64,000 bases of DNA from positions 744,001-808,000 of the forward strand of contig CM106586.1 in NCBI GenBank assembly GCA_048013815.1. The letters run 5' to 3'. Below, in pieces: positions 23,860-36,062 of this stretch; the first letter of the stretch is position 1, and the number at the start of each line of letters is the position of its first letter. Position numbers and translations under genes: made by a program. The DNA is from Setoptus koraiensis. Taxonomy: Eukaryota > Animalia > Arthropoda. Below the pieces are notes generated by a model. It was not told the origin of the DNA. It did not search any database and saw nothing but the letters and a program-made list of their open reading frames with translations.

Positions 23860-25949
23860 CGGCTGCTAGAGGCACAACTTGAGTTAACTTGAATGTGAAG
23901 CGGTGTAGGATGTTACACATGCTTAATGAAATCATGCTGTATTTCATGGAAACACACCCTTTCCAAAAACTGTGGGAAAGAACTTTGCCACAGTGAGAGC
24001 ATAAAATGAATCTGTGATTTCCACACCCTGGAACCTCACATGTTGTCGCTTTGTCAGAACCGAATCTGAATTGCACGGCCTCAACTGTGTCGGGTTGTCC
24101 ACCAATAGACATTTCATCGTCACTGTAACCTGGATCTGTGTTATGCCAGGCATGAATCAGAAGATCCTGGTAACCTGGCGCTGACAACTGGTTGAAAACC
24201 AAAGATTGCATGTTTATGATGCCTTCTCTACTTATCACTTTGTCTTTGATTCCAATGATTGCTGCCTCCATGGATATGCGTTTTACAATTTTTTTTGTAT
24301 TGGCGGTTAAAGCCAACATCTAACGGTTGAAGTTCATCGGTAGTTCTTCTCGGAATGTCAAGAATTTCTATGCCTTTGCATTTGAGAGCGGCACGGTTGC
24401 GAGGATTGAGATGTCCCGACCAGTGATCCAGAAGCAGCATAGTATCTGGTTCTGGTATCTCCACGATTTTTGGAGTGCTTCCTCGCGAAGACCCCGCTAC
24501 CAGCCCGTGAGCTGGCATCGAGGGTGTTTTGAACATCAAAGTCGACCAATCTATAGAACGATCATTCCAATTAGGTTCATTTGCCATGTATGGGCGTTCA
24601 CCCAACACTGGAATGAGGACATCAGACATCCACCGATATAATAGCTCGCTTTCCAGTTTACCAGATTTGCTCGCAATAACATGTACATTCTTATACTTTC
24701 TCTCCAGACCAGCAACTGTCTCTGCAACTCTCGGCCCAAACTTTCCACTCGCCTCCTGCATAACTATAAGTAATTTTCCAATGAGATACCCATTTCGAGA
24801 AATCACAGGCTGTGTAGTGTATGAATGGGAGACTTTGTTCTTGGCTTGAACTGCCTCGGCCGTGTCTCGCTCACCGGCGAAAGAAAGTGTTCGTTTACCG
24901 GCAAACTCATAAGGAAATCCCACCTGATCTGTATTCAAGATGGCATATGAAAGGAATCTGTCGGCGTTCGAAGCGTATGTCTCGCGAAAATGGGCAATAT
25001 TTTCTTGATCAAGAGCTTTCATGGCTTGTTCTGATCTACCTTCAACCTTGGTGATAGCACGGGAGACAATTCCATTCCTACGCTTGAAATTGTGTAACCA
25101 AAACGACGTGGCTCGGAAGTAAACATTTAAACCAAGCATGTCAGCCTTGGTCCATGCCCACTCCTTGAGATGAGCCTCATGAATCTGCTGGTGTCGTTCG
25201 CGAGCTGACACGAATTCAGCCAAGACGTAGGCATCAATTTGTAGGTATTTCTCTTTTAAACTTCCCCCGTTCGACACGATTTCTCTAAATCTTTGTGTGT
25301 GATAGTATTGGAACCAACGGTATTTGGCCTTAATTGTTCTGTAAGATTTCCCCTCGTCAACCATCTTTAGAATGTTTTTCATAGTTGCAAAGGATTTCAT
25401 CACAGTGCTACCAATGTCAGCGTTTATATTAAATTCAAAATCATCATCTGTTAGCGAACGAGAGACCCCTTCGGAGGCTTTGCCTTCACTCTCACTCTCT
25501 GAAGAAGAAGAAGGTGCCTTCCCGGACATCCATTCATAGAGTTGCTTCGCTTTCACCATCTCGTCAGATTCCTTCAATCTCTTTGAATGCATCTTGTAGA
25601 CAGAGGGGCTCTTTGTAGCCAACTGGAGGCCGATATCCAGAATTTTGGTCATTTGTTCTTTGGATAATTTTTCTTTGAACAGTAGAAAGCCTTTGGGCTG
25701 TGGATTTTGTTCGGATGTCTGTTGAGAATTCTGTTCGTTGCTTGGTTGAATAAATTCTTCTCCCTCAAAAACCAACTCCTCATCAATGATTGATCCTGTT
25801 TCAGAATCGTCAGGAGCGAGGTCGTCGGAATCGTTTGATGTTTCAATGCCAGATGCAGCCTCTGTATCAGAATCTGTTTGTGATAGAGGCCTGCATAGTA
25901 TTGCACCAGAAAGCAAACAAATCAGTGTAAGGCAAACGAGTATTTTCAT
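23860..25949 (-). CDS. Signal-peptide-bearing pogo-type transposase (CENP-B HTH + DDE_1, DD35D, C-terminal Cys-rich domain); frameshift in T8 run at 24289-24296
   Basis: MKILVCLTLICLLSGAILC-RP; WLHNFKRRNGI; NTDQVG, LLLDHWSGH, QPLDVG with 35 residues between D2 and D3; CEVPGC..CSHC. Confidence 0.88.
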
Positions 25950-26489
25950 CCTTAAAATACGCTAGGTAACAAGAGAAGGATAGTTGAAGTAATATTTGCG
26001 ATGATACCAGAAAGAATGTGATTTTATATCTAACATAAATTATCTGAATGTATGACAGAATAAGACAAGACGATGACTCATAGAAAGTCATTATGTCACA
26101 CCACCGTAGAGCAAGCTCATCTTGACAAGGTCGTCTGCATACTAATTTGTATTGAAAAATACATTATTGATGGTCGCACTGCGTTGTAGCACAGTTGATA
26201 GATAATCTATGTGCAAATGTCCTTGAATCTTTAAACTTATCAGCTCTATACGTTCATACAAATCACTCTAGACTCTCTTAAACAGTTGAGATTGCCTTTC
26301 TGACGCTCTCTGGAGCATCTCTAGTCATATCAAATAGGGTATAGAACTTTGAAATTTTCATCGGAAAATTGCAAAAAGTTGGGATAAAACGGGGCTAGGT
26401 ATAGACCCATTTTGCTCAGCTCCTCGAGCTGAGTCGATCTAGGCTAACGAGGACTCAATCTGAGTCTATCAGCTGGATAGGTTTCCTCG

Positions 26490-28077
26490 TGAGTTATCAC
26501 CCAGAGCCATCAAGACAAGATTCAGGACCACCAACTGTGTCGAAATTCTTTGGGCTCATGGCTTATATAGACCCAACGTCGTTCAAAGAGGCGATGGCAG
26601 GCCCTGACAGTGCAGAATGGCAGACGGCGGTGGACAAAGAAATAATGGCTCACCAAGAGAACAAAACTTGGACGGTAATAAAAACGCCAGTCGGTGCAAA
26701 CCTTATAACCTCTCGCTGGGTGTTCAAAAGAAAAACATTAGCTGATGGGTCATTGGATCGCTATAAAGCGCGCCTGGTGGCCCGCGGTTACGATCAAAAT
26801 TATGGTCAAGAATACAACGAAACCTTTGCGCCGGTCGCGCGACACGAAACCATCAGACTTATGTTTGCACTGGCAACGAATCATTCGTTGAAATATCTAC
26901 AGTTCGATGTGGAAACCGCCTTCCTCCATGGTGAACTGGAGGAGACGGTGTTCATGGCCCCTCCAGCTGGAATGGACTGCCCAGGAGGGCACGCTCTCAA
27001 ACTCAATAAAAGTCTGTATGGGCTAAAACAGGCCCCGAGAGTCTGGAAAGAGAGTCTTGACAGCATCCTCGCCAAAATTGGCTTAAGAGCAACTACGTCC
27101 GATCCTTGCCTCTATCTCGGCAAAATATCGAATGAGGACGTCATGCTCATCATTTATGTCGATGATGGGCTGGCGTTCTCCACCAGTGGGCATGCGCTCG
27201 ATCAGCTACTAGGACAACTGTCACAATCACTCAAAATGAGGAAAGTGTGTGATAATACCTTCGTAGGATATGAATTCAAAGTTGGTGACTCATGCACCGT
27301 CCTCCAGGAGACCTACATCCGTCGAATGTTGAGGGCATACCAGATGGAGGAATGCTTGGAAGCGTCATCACCGATGGTCGACACGGTGGACCTTCAGAGT
27401 AAATCTGATAAGGACGAACCCAGCGAAGCTCCGTATCGCCAACTGATTGGATCTCTCCTATACTGCGCTTGCTGTACACGACCAGACATCTTATATTCGG
27501 TGTGCTTCCTCGCCAAGTATACGAACCCAATGGCAAAACATTGGACCGCCGCAAAGAGGATTCTGAGGTACCTCAAGGGCACAAAAGAACTAGGCCTGAA
27601 GTACAACAAGGTCGGGCCCTTTGAAGTTGAATTTTCATCCGACGCCGATTGGGCGAACAATCCGTGAGAAAATCCGTGAGTGGAATCATGGCCACCGCCA
27701 GTGGTGGACCAGTTATGTTCACCAGCAAACAGCAAAACTTGATTGCCTTGTCTACCACGGAGGCAGAATGTATAGCTGCTTCGTCGGCCGCGAGAGAGAT
27801 TTTATGGGTCAGAAGATTTCTCGAGGAAATAAAGGAAATCGTAAAAACAAGGCAAACAATTAAACTTTTGATTGACAATCAGCCAACAATCAAACTTATT
27901 GCTAACCCAGAGTTTAGAACGAGAACAAAACATCTGGACATCCGACTGGCGCACCTCCAAGACAATGTTAAGAACAAAATGTTCAACATTGAACATGTGG
28001 CCAGTGACAATCAAAAAGCAGACTTACTTACAAAGTCGCTGACGCCAAGAAAGCACGCCTCAAAAGGATCGGCATGA
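26490..28077 (+). pseudogene. Ty1/copia reverse transcriptase and RNase H (continuation of 16628-19292)
   Basis: YKARLVARG, FDVETAFLHG, LYGLKQAP, YVDD, SDADWA; RKSVSG, RTKHLDIR, ADLLTK. Confidence 0.95.
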
Positions 28078-28080
28078 ACA

Positions 28081-28278
28081 TGTTAGGATACGGCAAGTCT
28101 AGTGGTTACTTTTTCTATCTCTCTTTATTCAACTTCGTTCTCTTACAACTAAAACTACAATGCCTCTTCATGAGGCTGCTACATTTATATATATATGTTC
28201 TTGCGCAACTGAGTCTAGTCTCAGTTGCTGGGTCATTTACTGAGTCGGGTGGCTCAACTATCTGAGCCAACCGTAACA
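28081..28278 (-). mobile_element. 3' LTR (198 bp) of the enveloped gypsy element
   Basis: TGTTACGG...TCCTAACA; preceded on minus strand by PPT AAACAGGGGGG (28279-28289); TATATAAA and AATAAA inside. Confidence 0.85.
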
Positions 28279-28306
28279 CCCCCCTGTTTAAGGGCGAAAC
28301 GCGTAC

Positions 28307-28623
28307 TCAACGCGCTGAGGTCTCGAACAGGTCCTGAGGATCTCTTCGGAGACGTTGTAAGCCGATAGTTTCCTCTCTTGATTTCTGGAGTTTACGTAAT
28401 TTTATGCAAACCCAGATGAGGATAACGCCGGTTATTGATAGCAGTAGTGAGGCGGTGATGGTTCCCAGTGTGCTGGATCCGTACCTGGCTAGATACGGCA
28501 TGTTGATTGTTTTCGTCGCTCCTGGATCTGCTTCTTCGGTTAATTTGGACAGTTCGGCGATTCTGTCTAACATGAGCGTCGCCGAATCGTGATTGGGTTC
28601 AGTGGACAGCATAGAGGTCCAAT
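28307..28623 (-). CDS. Gypsy env C-terminus: TM anchor and cytoplasmic tail
   Basis: TLGTITASLLLSITGVILIWVCI then KLRKLQK; rejoins 29475 in frame (HQIVKNWTSML) after HINE removal. Confidence 0.85.
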
Positions 28624-29474
28624 TTTTAGCGCTTAATTTTAATTAAGTAGCTATTGGGATGGTTCTGGGCTCTACGTTTATTCACGTGGGTAGAACAAAT
28701 CAGTGCTTTTTTCAACTAGGAAAAAATAGCACGGTGAAAGCTGTACTGTGAGAAATAAACTAGATAAATTTAGAACACTCAAAGCTTACAATGTTGATTA
28801 GTTAAATTTAGCACATACAATGCTATGCGCGTTCACTTACTAGACGCGATTAGCACGCTCAAAGCTGAGATGCTAACTAGATGAATTTAGCACAGCAGAA
28901 GGCTAGCTGTATACAATTCGGATTTAGTGCACTGGAAGCTAGAGGTGTTGGAACTAGAAGATTGTATAACAGTAGAAACTACTCAGAATGTCTACTGCTT
29001 CTCAGCACTGTTGATTCTAATGTAGATAAAGCTAGACGAGAGTAACACGCTCAATGCTGCGATGCTAACTAGATGAATTCACATAGTGCGCCATCGCGTC
29101 CTGGTGTATGTATTGAAATTATTTATTGTGGCGAAACTAACCGATAAAAGTGCACCAATTTTTGCATGCAGGCAACAGACATGTACATCCAACTATGGTG
29201 AAAATTTGAGAAACCTGGATCTAGTTTGTGATACTCTTTAGATGGTATGAAACGACCAAACTACCAATTTGGATAGCATACTGCACACGAGCATCTCAGC
29301 TATACCACTATGTGGTATAGCTGAGATTTCTTGTACTCTTGGCTACCAAGTATGCATCAATTCATCGATTGCGAGCGCTAATGGGTTGTCATAAACTCCT
29401 CCTAATCTATCAACGATAATCGTCTACATGAAAAATTAAGCGCTCGAAATACTGATTTGATCAGTATTACTTGT
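28624..29474 (+). mobile_element. Helentron-like HINE, complete, inserted at TT in gypsy env
   Basis: TTTTAGCGCTTAATTTT ... AAAATTAAGCGCT + hairpin + ACTTGT; empty site CCAATTCTTC restores the frame. Confidence 0.92.
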
Positions 29475-31350
29475 TCTTCACAATTTGGTGTTTGGTCGCT
29501 GCTAACGTTCCGATATTTGACCAAATGTGTGATCTGGTTCGCCATGGTTGGTCTATGGGCAAGCTAAATACGAAAGGAGGGCAACGCGCGCTGACGTTAG
29601 CCAGCTCAATACGTCCTTTCAAACAGTATATGTAGGCGCGTTCTCCATCAACTTTCACGTCCTCTCTCTCCTCTATGTGATTTAGGTTGCGGTGGCATAC
29701 GATATTCTTCCATGATGAATTTCGTTCTGGCAGGAAATCCTTTTCATCACAAGTCAGAGCTAGTTCTTTTCCCACCGGGGTCGATAGGATCGGGCGCGTG
29801 CAATTGGCTGTGCTGTTGTATAGGACAAATTTATGGCCTGTGTACTCTTGCAGACACGGCTTGCCTGTCAAGTTATTATAGACTCTGAAGGCGTCGGACT
29901 GCAGCAGGTAGGAATTCTTGTCTACGTTCCTGGTCGTAAAGCGCAATTTGATAATATGCGGAGCCAGTTTAGTACAAGAATGCGTCGATGAGGCTAACAT
30001 GTTCACGTTAATTAACTCCGATATATTGGTGAATTTTCCCAATTCTGGAGATATAAGGTCATTGTTCCAAGCGTTTATGGCCCGATCGAGTTGTAAGCCT
30101 GCGTCTCGGATGGCATTCTGAACGTACAATGTTGTCCAAACTTGGTATGGCCAGTTGCGTGCCATTTCGTGGATGTCTTGGGTGTTTGTATTCACCTGTC
30201 TGGCTAAGGTTCGGTACAACTCGGTTTGCGTTTTAGTTACCATGTACGCCTTATCAGCGTGTTTGAGAAGCTTATTTAATTCGGCCGTCAGGATGGTTAC
30301 CTGTTTTTGAGTTTCGGCGTCGTTGTTGGGATGGAAATAGCCATGGACGGATTCTACGATGGACGAAACCACGTATTCGAATGCAGCGCCTGCTCCAAAT
30401 TCCAAAATTCCAATCTGTCGTTTTACTCTGGTACTTTCGTGTTCAGTTTGGTCGGTGCACCAATTGTCCAGCCGATAAAGAATTTCCTTCTCGTAAAATT
30501 CTTGGCACATTTTGTATAAATTGTTATTCAGCGCTTGATTTGGCGAAGACACTAACTCTTTGCACGGCGATTTCACAGCGATGGTGAGATCCCACGATTT
30601 TGTCCCTTTGACGATTTGAGTATCGGTTTTACGCCACACAACTGGTGGTTCATGTCTCCATATCATCTCGCCGAACACGACGTTGATGATACACGTTATG
30701 GCGATGCTTTTGGTGATAAGGTTCATCGTTGACCTAGTGGCTGCTGTTTGTGCAGGTTGGTAGTTGCTCGTACTTGGTTGATTGATGCTTGTACTCGGTT
30801 GATTGATGCTTGTACTTGGTTGATCGATGTTCGTGTTTGGAGAGTTATTATTCGACTGAATTGAATGGTCGTCGGTGTCCGTCTCGGAATCGTCGTTTCT
30901 TGGAGTGAAAGCCCTCAAGACTGAGACATGTCGCGAAATTTTCTTGTGGTTTATACAGTGTTCCAGCTCATATATATTATTCGCGCTGACTTTGGTGACA
31001 ATATATGGGCCGTCACTTTTGTTTGCTAGTTTAGCGCCGCGCGCAAGCTTTTTCAAGGCCCAAACTTTGTCGCCTGTGTTAAATGTCAGGTCTCTTCGTG
31101 AGGCGTCGTATCTTTTTTTTGACGCCGCTTGGGCTTGAGCGTTTTGGTTCATGGCGTGCGCCATGTTTTCTTCTAGTGTCAATTTCATCAGCTTAGTGTA
31201 TAGTTGGTGGATTGACATTTTTTCCAGAGTAACATTATCTTGATAAAGGAATGGTTTGCGACCATACATTAATTCGTATGGTGTCATATTGGTTGACGAA
31301 TGTTGAGTAATGTTGATGGCAAATGTGATCATTGGCAGTGCTTCGTCCAA
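29475..31350 (-). CDS. Gypsy integrase C-terminus (GPY/F) fused in frame to env (signal Met at 30726)
   Basis: TPYELMYGR, GDKVW, DGPYIV; linker; MNLITKSIAITCIINVVFG, WRKTD, SPC, CQEFYE, RVKR + QIGILEFGAGAAF. Confidence 0.88.
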
Positions 31351-34103
31351 TTTGCCATACTGTAATCGTCGTTGCTATTTAATACCATTGCCAACTTGTC
31401 GCCAATCGTTTCGTTGGCGCGTTCGACTAACGCGTTGCCTTGGGAGTGAAAGGGCGTCGATCGGATGTGGTGTATCTTGTGCAGCTTACACAGCTCCTTG
31501 ACCACTTCCGCTCCGAATGTCTGCGCGTTGTCGGTTAGTATATTCTCCGGTATCCCGTACCGGCATATGATATTCTCGTTTAAAAATTTAGCGAATTTGA
31601 TAGACGAGATTTCTGAAGTGGCAGCGGTTTCGATGTAACGCGAAAACGCGTCGATAGCCACAAATATGTGGCAATTCCCTCTAACCGAATCGGGCAGTTT
31701 GCCAATACAGTCGATAGCTACGATTTCGAAGATTCTACTGCATTGGAAGGAAGACATGAGGCCCGCCTGATTTTGTCGTGGGATTTTTCTGCGTTGACAC
31801 GTTTCGCAACTGTCGACATAGTTGCGGACGTCGCTTTTAATCGAAGGCCACCAATACTCTTCTTGCAGTTTTGCAAGTGTGGCTTTCCGGCCGCCGTGAC
31901 ACGCTAGGAAGTCGTCGTGTGCACGACGGAGGAATTGTTTTCTTAATTGGGCTGGTATAAATAGCTTATTGTCGTCATTGTAAATCACTCCGCTTATCGT
32001 TTTGACTCCGTCACCCGATGCGGCGCGAGCCAACATCCCCTGCGCCTCGACTGAGGAGTCATAATTCGCTATCCATTCTTCGTTGTTCACGAGGATGATC
32101 ATACATATGAATATGACTGCTCTGTCCGGAACATAGTCGTGCTCATCAACTGGGTTCCGTGACAGGCAGTCAACATCCGCATGTAGATATCCCCTTACAT
32201 ACTCGATTGTTATATTGTATTCGTTGAGCAGTGCGCTCCATCGCGCTAATTGAGGCGATACAGGCCTTTTTTTGCCCAGCACGCATAAGGCACAGTGGTC
32301 CACGAGGACAGTCACTGGCCGACCCAATATGTAGGCACGATATTTGTCTAGTGCCCATATTAAGGCTGCTGCCTCTAATTTGGTAATCGAGTAATTTTTT
32401 TCGCTTTCATTCAGTCGGCGTGATGCGCAAGCCACAATCATCCAACCTCTTTCGTGTTTTTGTTGGAGGATTGCGCCGAATCCTTCGAGGCTTGCATCAG
32501 TTTTTAGGCGTGTTTCCAGCTTAGGGTCGAAGCACGCCACGCACAAGTCTGAGCTGAGAGCGTCTTTGAGTAGATTGAACGCGTCTTCTTGCTCTCTTTG
32601 CCACACAAAGGGAGCGTTTTTTAATGTCAAATTTACGAGCGGTGCAGACATCTCTGCAAATGCTGGTAGAAAGCGTCTGTAATAAGATGCTTTTCCGAGA
32701 AAGCATCGTATTTGTGTTATGTTCTGTGGTCGCGGGAAGGCTTTAATTGCCTTCACTTTTTCAAAGTCGGGCTGGATGCCGTTCTTGGAGATATGATGTC
32801 CGAGAAAAGTAATGGCCGTTGCGCCCAGAATACATTTGGCCGGTTGTAACTTTAAATTCGATGCTCGGATGCGTTTGAACACTGTCTTTAATGACGCGAT
32901 GTGGTCGCTCCACGTTGGTGAAGCGACGCAGACGTCGTCAATAAAGACCATCAATGCTTCGTTTTTTAGGCCACTAAAAATGGCGTCCATTAAGCGTTGG
33001 AAGGAGGCGCCAGAGTTGGATAAACCAAAGGGCATGGCTTTAAATTGCCAATGCCCGTCATGCGTGCGAAATGCGGTTATTTCGCGCGATGATGGGCTCA
33101 TTGGAATCTGCCAGTACCCGGACTTAAAGTCCAATAAAGAGAAATATACTTTATTGGCCATAAAGTCCAGGCAGTCATCAATTCTTGGCAGCGGATATGC
33201 GTTTTTTTTTGTTTTGGCGTTGACTGCCCTGTAATCAACGCAAAATCTTGTGTCGCCATTTCTTTTTTTCACCAGCACGTAGGCGCTGGCCCACGGCGAC
33301 GTTGATTCTTCAATTATATCCTGTTTGATCATCTCAGCTATTTGCTGAGATACGGCTTTTTTTCCACTGGTGCATGGCGACGGAGTGGTTCGGCGATTGG
33401 TACGGCGTCCGGTAGCAATTCTATTTTGTGTTCGCACAAATTGGTGCTGCCAAGTTCGCCTTTGAAGGCAAATATATCAGAAAAATTATTCATTATATTT
33501 GAGATGTCATTCAGTTGTTCTGGCTTTAAATCGTCGCCAACTTGGATAGTTGCGCCTTCTTCGTTTACCGGAAGTATGGCGTTGCAATGTATAGGTTGTA
33601 CGTTGTCATCGTGCTCGTTAAGTGCTTCATATCGAGCGATCGTAGCTCCTTTGGCTATTGTTATCGGTACTTGGGTTGCATTCATTACTAAAATGTCGCA
33701 ACGTGATTTAATCGGTCTGTATATACCGTTTGCGATGTTGAGTCCTGCGTTATTGTTTGAGGGTTTTGTTAGAATCTCGTTTGTGGTATTAACGATGACG
33801 CTAACGAATTTTTGTGACCTTGTAGGAATTTTTACTGTTTGGGCGGATATCACGGGCCCTTTTGGTTTTGATGTCGAACTCTCGGAATCGATCAGGTTGA
33901 TTGAGGTTTGTGTTATTTCCTCATCTTCGTCGATGTAGCGCAAGGTTTCTTTGGTGTCGCATTCAATGCAAATTCGCAATCGGCTGAGCGTTTCTTTGCC
34001 GATTATTACGTCAACTGGTAGGTCCCGTATGACGTGGTATTCGATGTACAAAATTTTGGATGTGTTATTCAGACGGATAGTTGTCTTTTGGATTGTTACG
34101 CCC
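31329..34103 (-). pseudogene. Ty3/gypsy protease - RT - RNase H - integrase (two 1-nt frameshifts in homopolymers; 5' end in gap)
   Basis: DVIIG, RFCVDYR, MPFGL, VFIDD, KTDAS, H..H..CETC, IDCIG/TDNA/LVER. Confidence 0.95.
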
Positions 34104-34603
34104 NNNNNNNNNNNNNNNNNNNNNNNNNNNNNNNNNNNNNNNNNNNNNNNNNNNNNNNNNNNNNNNNNNNNNNNNNNNNNNNNNNNNNNNNNNNNNNNNN
34201 NNNNNNNNNNNNNNNNNNNNNNNNNNNNNNNNNNNNNNNNNNNNNNNNNNNNNNNNNNNNNNNNNNNNNNNNNNNNNNNNNNNNNNNNNNNNNNNNNNNN
34301 NNNNNNNNNNNNNNNNNNNNNNNNNNNNNNNNNNNNNNNNNNNNNNNNNNNNNNNNNNNNNNNNNNNNNNNNNNNNNNNNNNNNNNNNNNNNNNNNNNNN
34401 NNNNNNNNNNNNNNNNNNNNNNNNNNNNNNNNNNNNNNNNNNNNNNNNNNNNNNNNNNNNNNNNNNNNNNNNNNNNNNNNNNNNNNNNNNNNNNNNNNNN
34501 NNNNNNNNNNNNNNNNNNNNNNNNNNNNNNNNNNNNNNNNNNNNNNNNNNNNNNNNNNNNNNNNNNNNNNNNNNNNNNNNNNNNNNNNNNNNNNNNNNNN
34601 NNN

Positions 34604-35622
34604 CTCTGTACGAGCACCTGGAACTAGTATCGGAAATTCGAATTTTCAATTTCGAATTTCCAAGTTCGAAATGTGACCATCGAACTCTGACCACCGAACT
34701 CCGACGGAGCAGATGGAACTATCATCAGAGAATCGAATTTTCAATTTCGAATTTCGAAGTTCGAAATGTGGCCATCGAACTCTGACCACCGAACTCCGAC
34801 GGAGCAGATGGAACTATCATCAGAGAATCGAATTTTCAATTTCGAATTTCGAAGTTCGAAATGTGACCATCGAACTCTGACCATAGAACTAAGAACACTC
34901 AACCACTAACTTCGAATTGTGACCATCGAACTCTGTACGAGCACCTGGAACTAGTATCGGAAATTCGAATTTTCAATTTCGAATTTCCAAGTTCGAAATG
35001 TGACCATCGAACTCTGACCACCGAACTCCGACGGAGCAGATGAAACTATCACTAGAAAATCAAATTTTCAATTTCGAATTTCGAAGTTCGAAATGTGACC
35101 ATCGAACACTGACCACCGAACTCCGACGGAGCAGATGGAACTATCATCAGAGAATCGAATTTTCAATTTTGAATTTCGAAGTTCGAAATGTTACCACCGA
35201 ACTCTGACCATAGAACTAAGAACACTCAACCACTAACTTTGAACGAGCAGCTAAAACTCTTATTAGAAATTCGAATTTTCAATTTTGAAGTTCAAATTGT
35301 GGCCACCGAGCTCCTCACAAATTCGACCTAGTCAAATCTCCATAGGATTGCATACGAAATATTTTCGAGTAAAGCGATAATAGACCAAGTCAAATCTACA
35401 TCGGAATACATGTGTAATATCTAGCAGGATTCTCACAAATTTGACTAAGTCAAACCTCCATAGGATTACATAGTCACGTGAATGAACGTAGAGCCCAGAA
35501 CCATCCCAATAGCTGCTTAATTAAAATTAAGCGCTAAAAGCACTCATTTGTTCTACCCACGTGAATAAACGTAGAGCCCAGAACCATCCTAATAGCTGCT
35601 TAATTAAAATTAAGCGCTAAAA
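34604..35622 (-). mobile_element. HINE 5' part with TCGAA satellite and duplicated 5' end
   Basis: rc TTAGCGCTTAATTTT at ~35525 and ~35608 (83-bp tandem); satellite 34604-35300. Confidence 0.75.
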
Positions 35623-35632
35623 ATTACACGTC

Positions 35633-36062
35633 ATGGGGTTTGTGATGGAAAGTGTAATCGAAAGCAAAGGTCTCGAGAATGTTGTATATCAAGAAGTTCC
35701 AGAAGAAGACTACACAAACATGAAGAAAAAGATGTTACAAGCCCGTGAGCTTATAACTACGGCACTTGACCAACAAGTTATCGACCAGCTCTCAAACTGC
35801 AAGACAGCAAGTAGCATCTGGCCCAGACTAGAAAGTATATATCAACGAAGAAGTGAATGCAATCTCGAATCCCTTATTAATCAATTTTGGCCTATTAAAA
35901 TGGAAGATAACGAATCCATGGCCCAGTATATAGGAAAAGTTGAAACCTTAGCAGGAAAAATAAGAAACGCAGGCGAAGAATTAAGCGACAGATCTGTGAA
36001 AGCAAAGATAAAGGTGGTTTAGCGAAGCCTTATCAAGAATTTAGCAGGGCCTGGGATGCCAC
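35633..36062 (+). pseudogene. Copia gag fragment
   Basis: ASSIWPRLESIY, MAQYIGKVE, (frameshift) LAKPYQEFSRAWD. Confidence 0.8.

Larger units (their letters stand above)
19293..26489 (-). mobile_element. Tc4/Tc5-like pogo DNA transposon (~2.94 kb net) with ~200-bp TIRs; a MULE is nested in its left TIR
   Basis: TGA|CAAGGAAACC ... GGTTTCCTCG|TGA (TNA TSD); 23558-23746 is an inverted copy of 26291-26479; excision restores the copia frame ..PLLSYHPEP..DPTSFKEAM. Confidence 0.85.

Noticed and set aside
23550-26487. Pogo with TA TSD in an 18-bp palindrome AGGAAACCTAGGTTTCCT
   Set aside because: The TGA|CAAGG..CCTCG|TGA boundaries with a nested MULE explain all junctions and restore the copia frame; the TA model leaves a frameshift
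28074-28265. Hydrophobic ORF after copia RNase H as a third copia env
   Set aside because: It is the antisense of the gypsy 3' LTR
33951-34785. Long ORFs spanning the gap
   Set aside because: Composed of N-derived X residues
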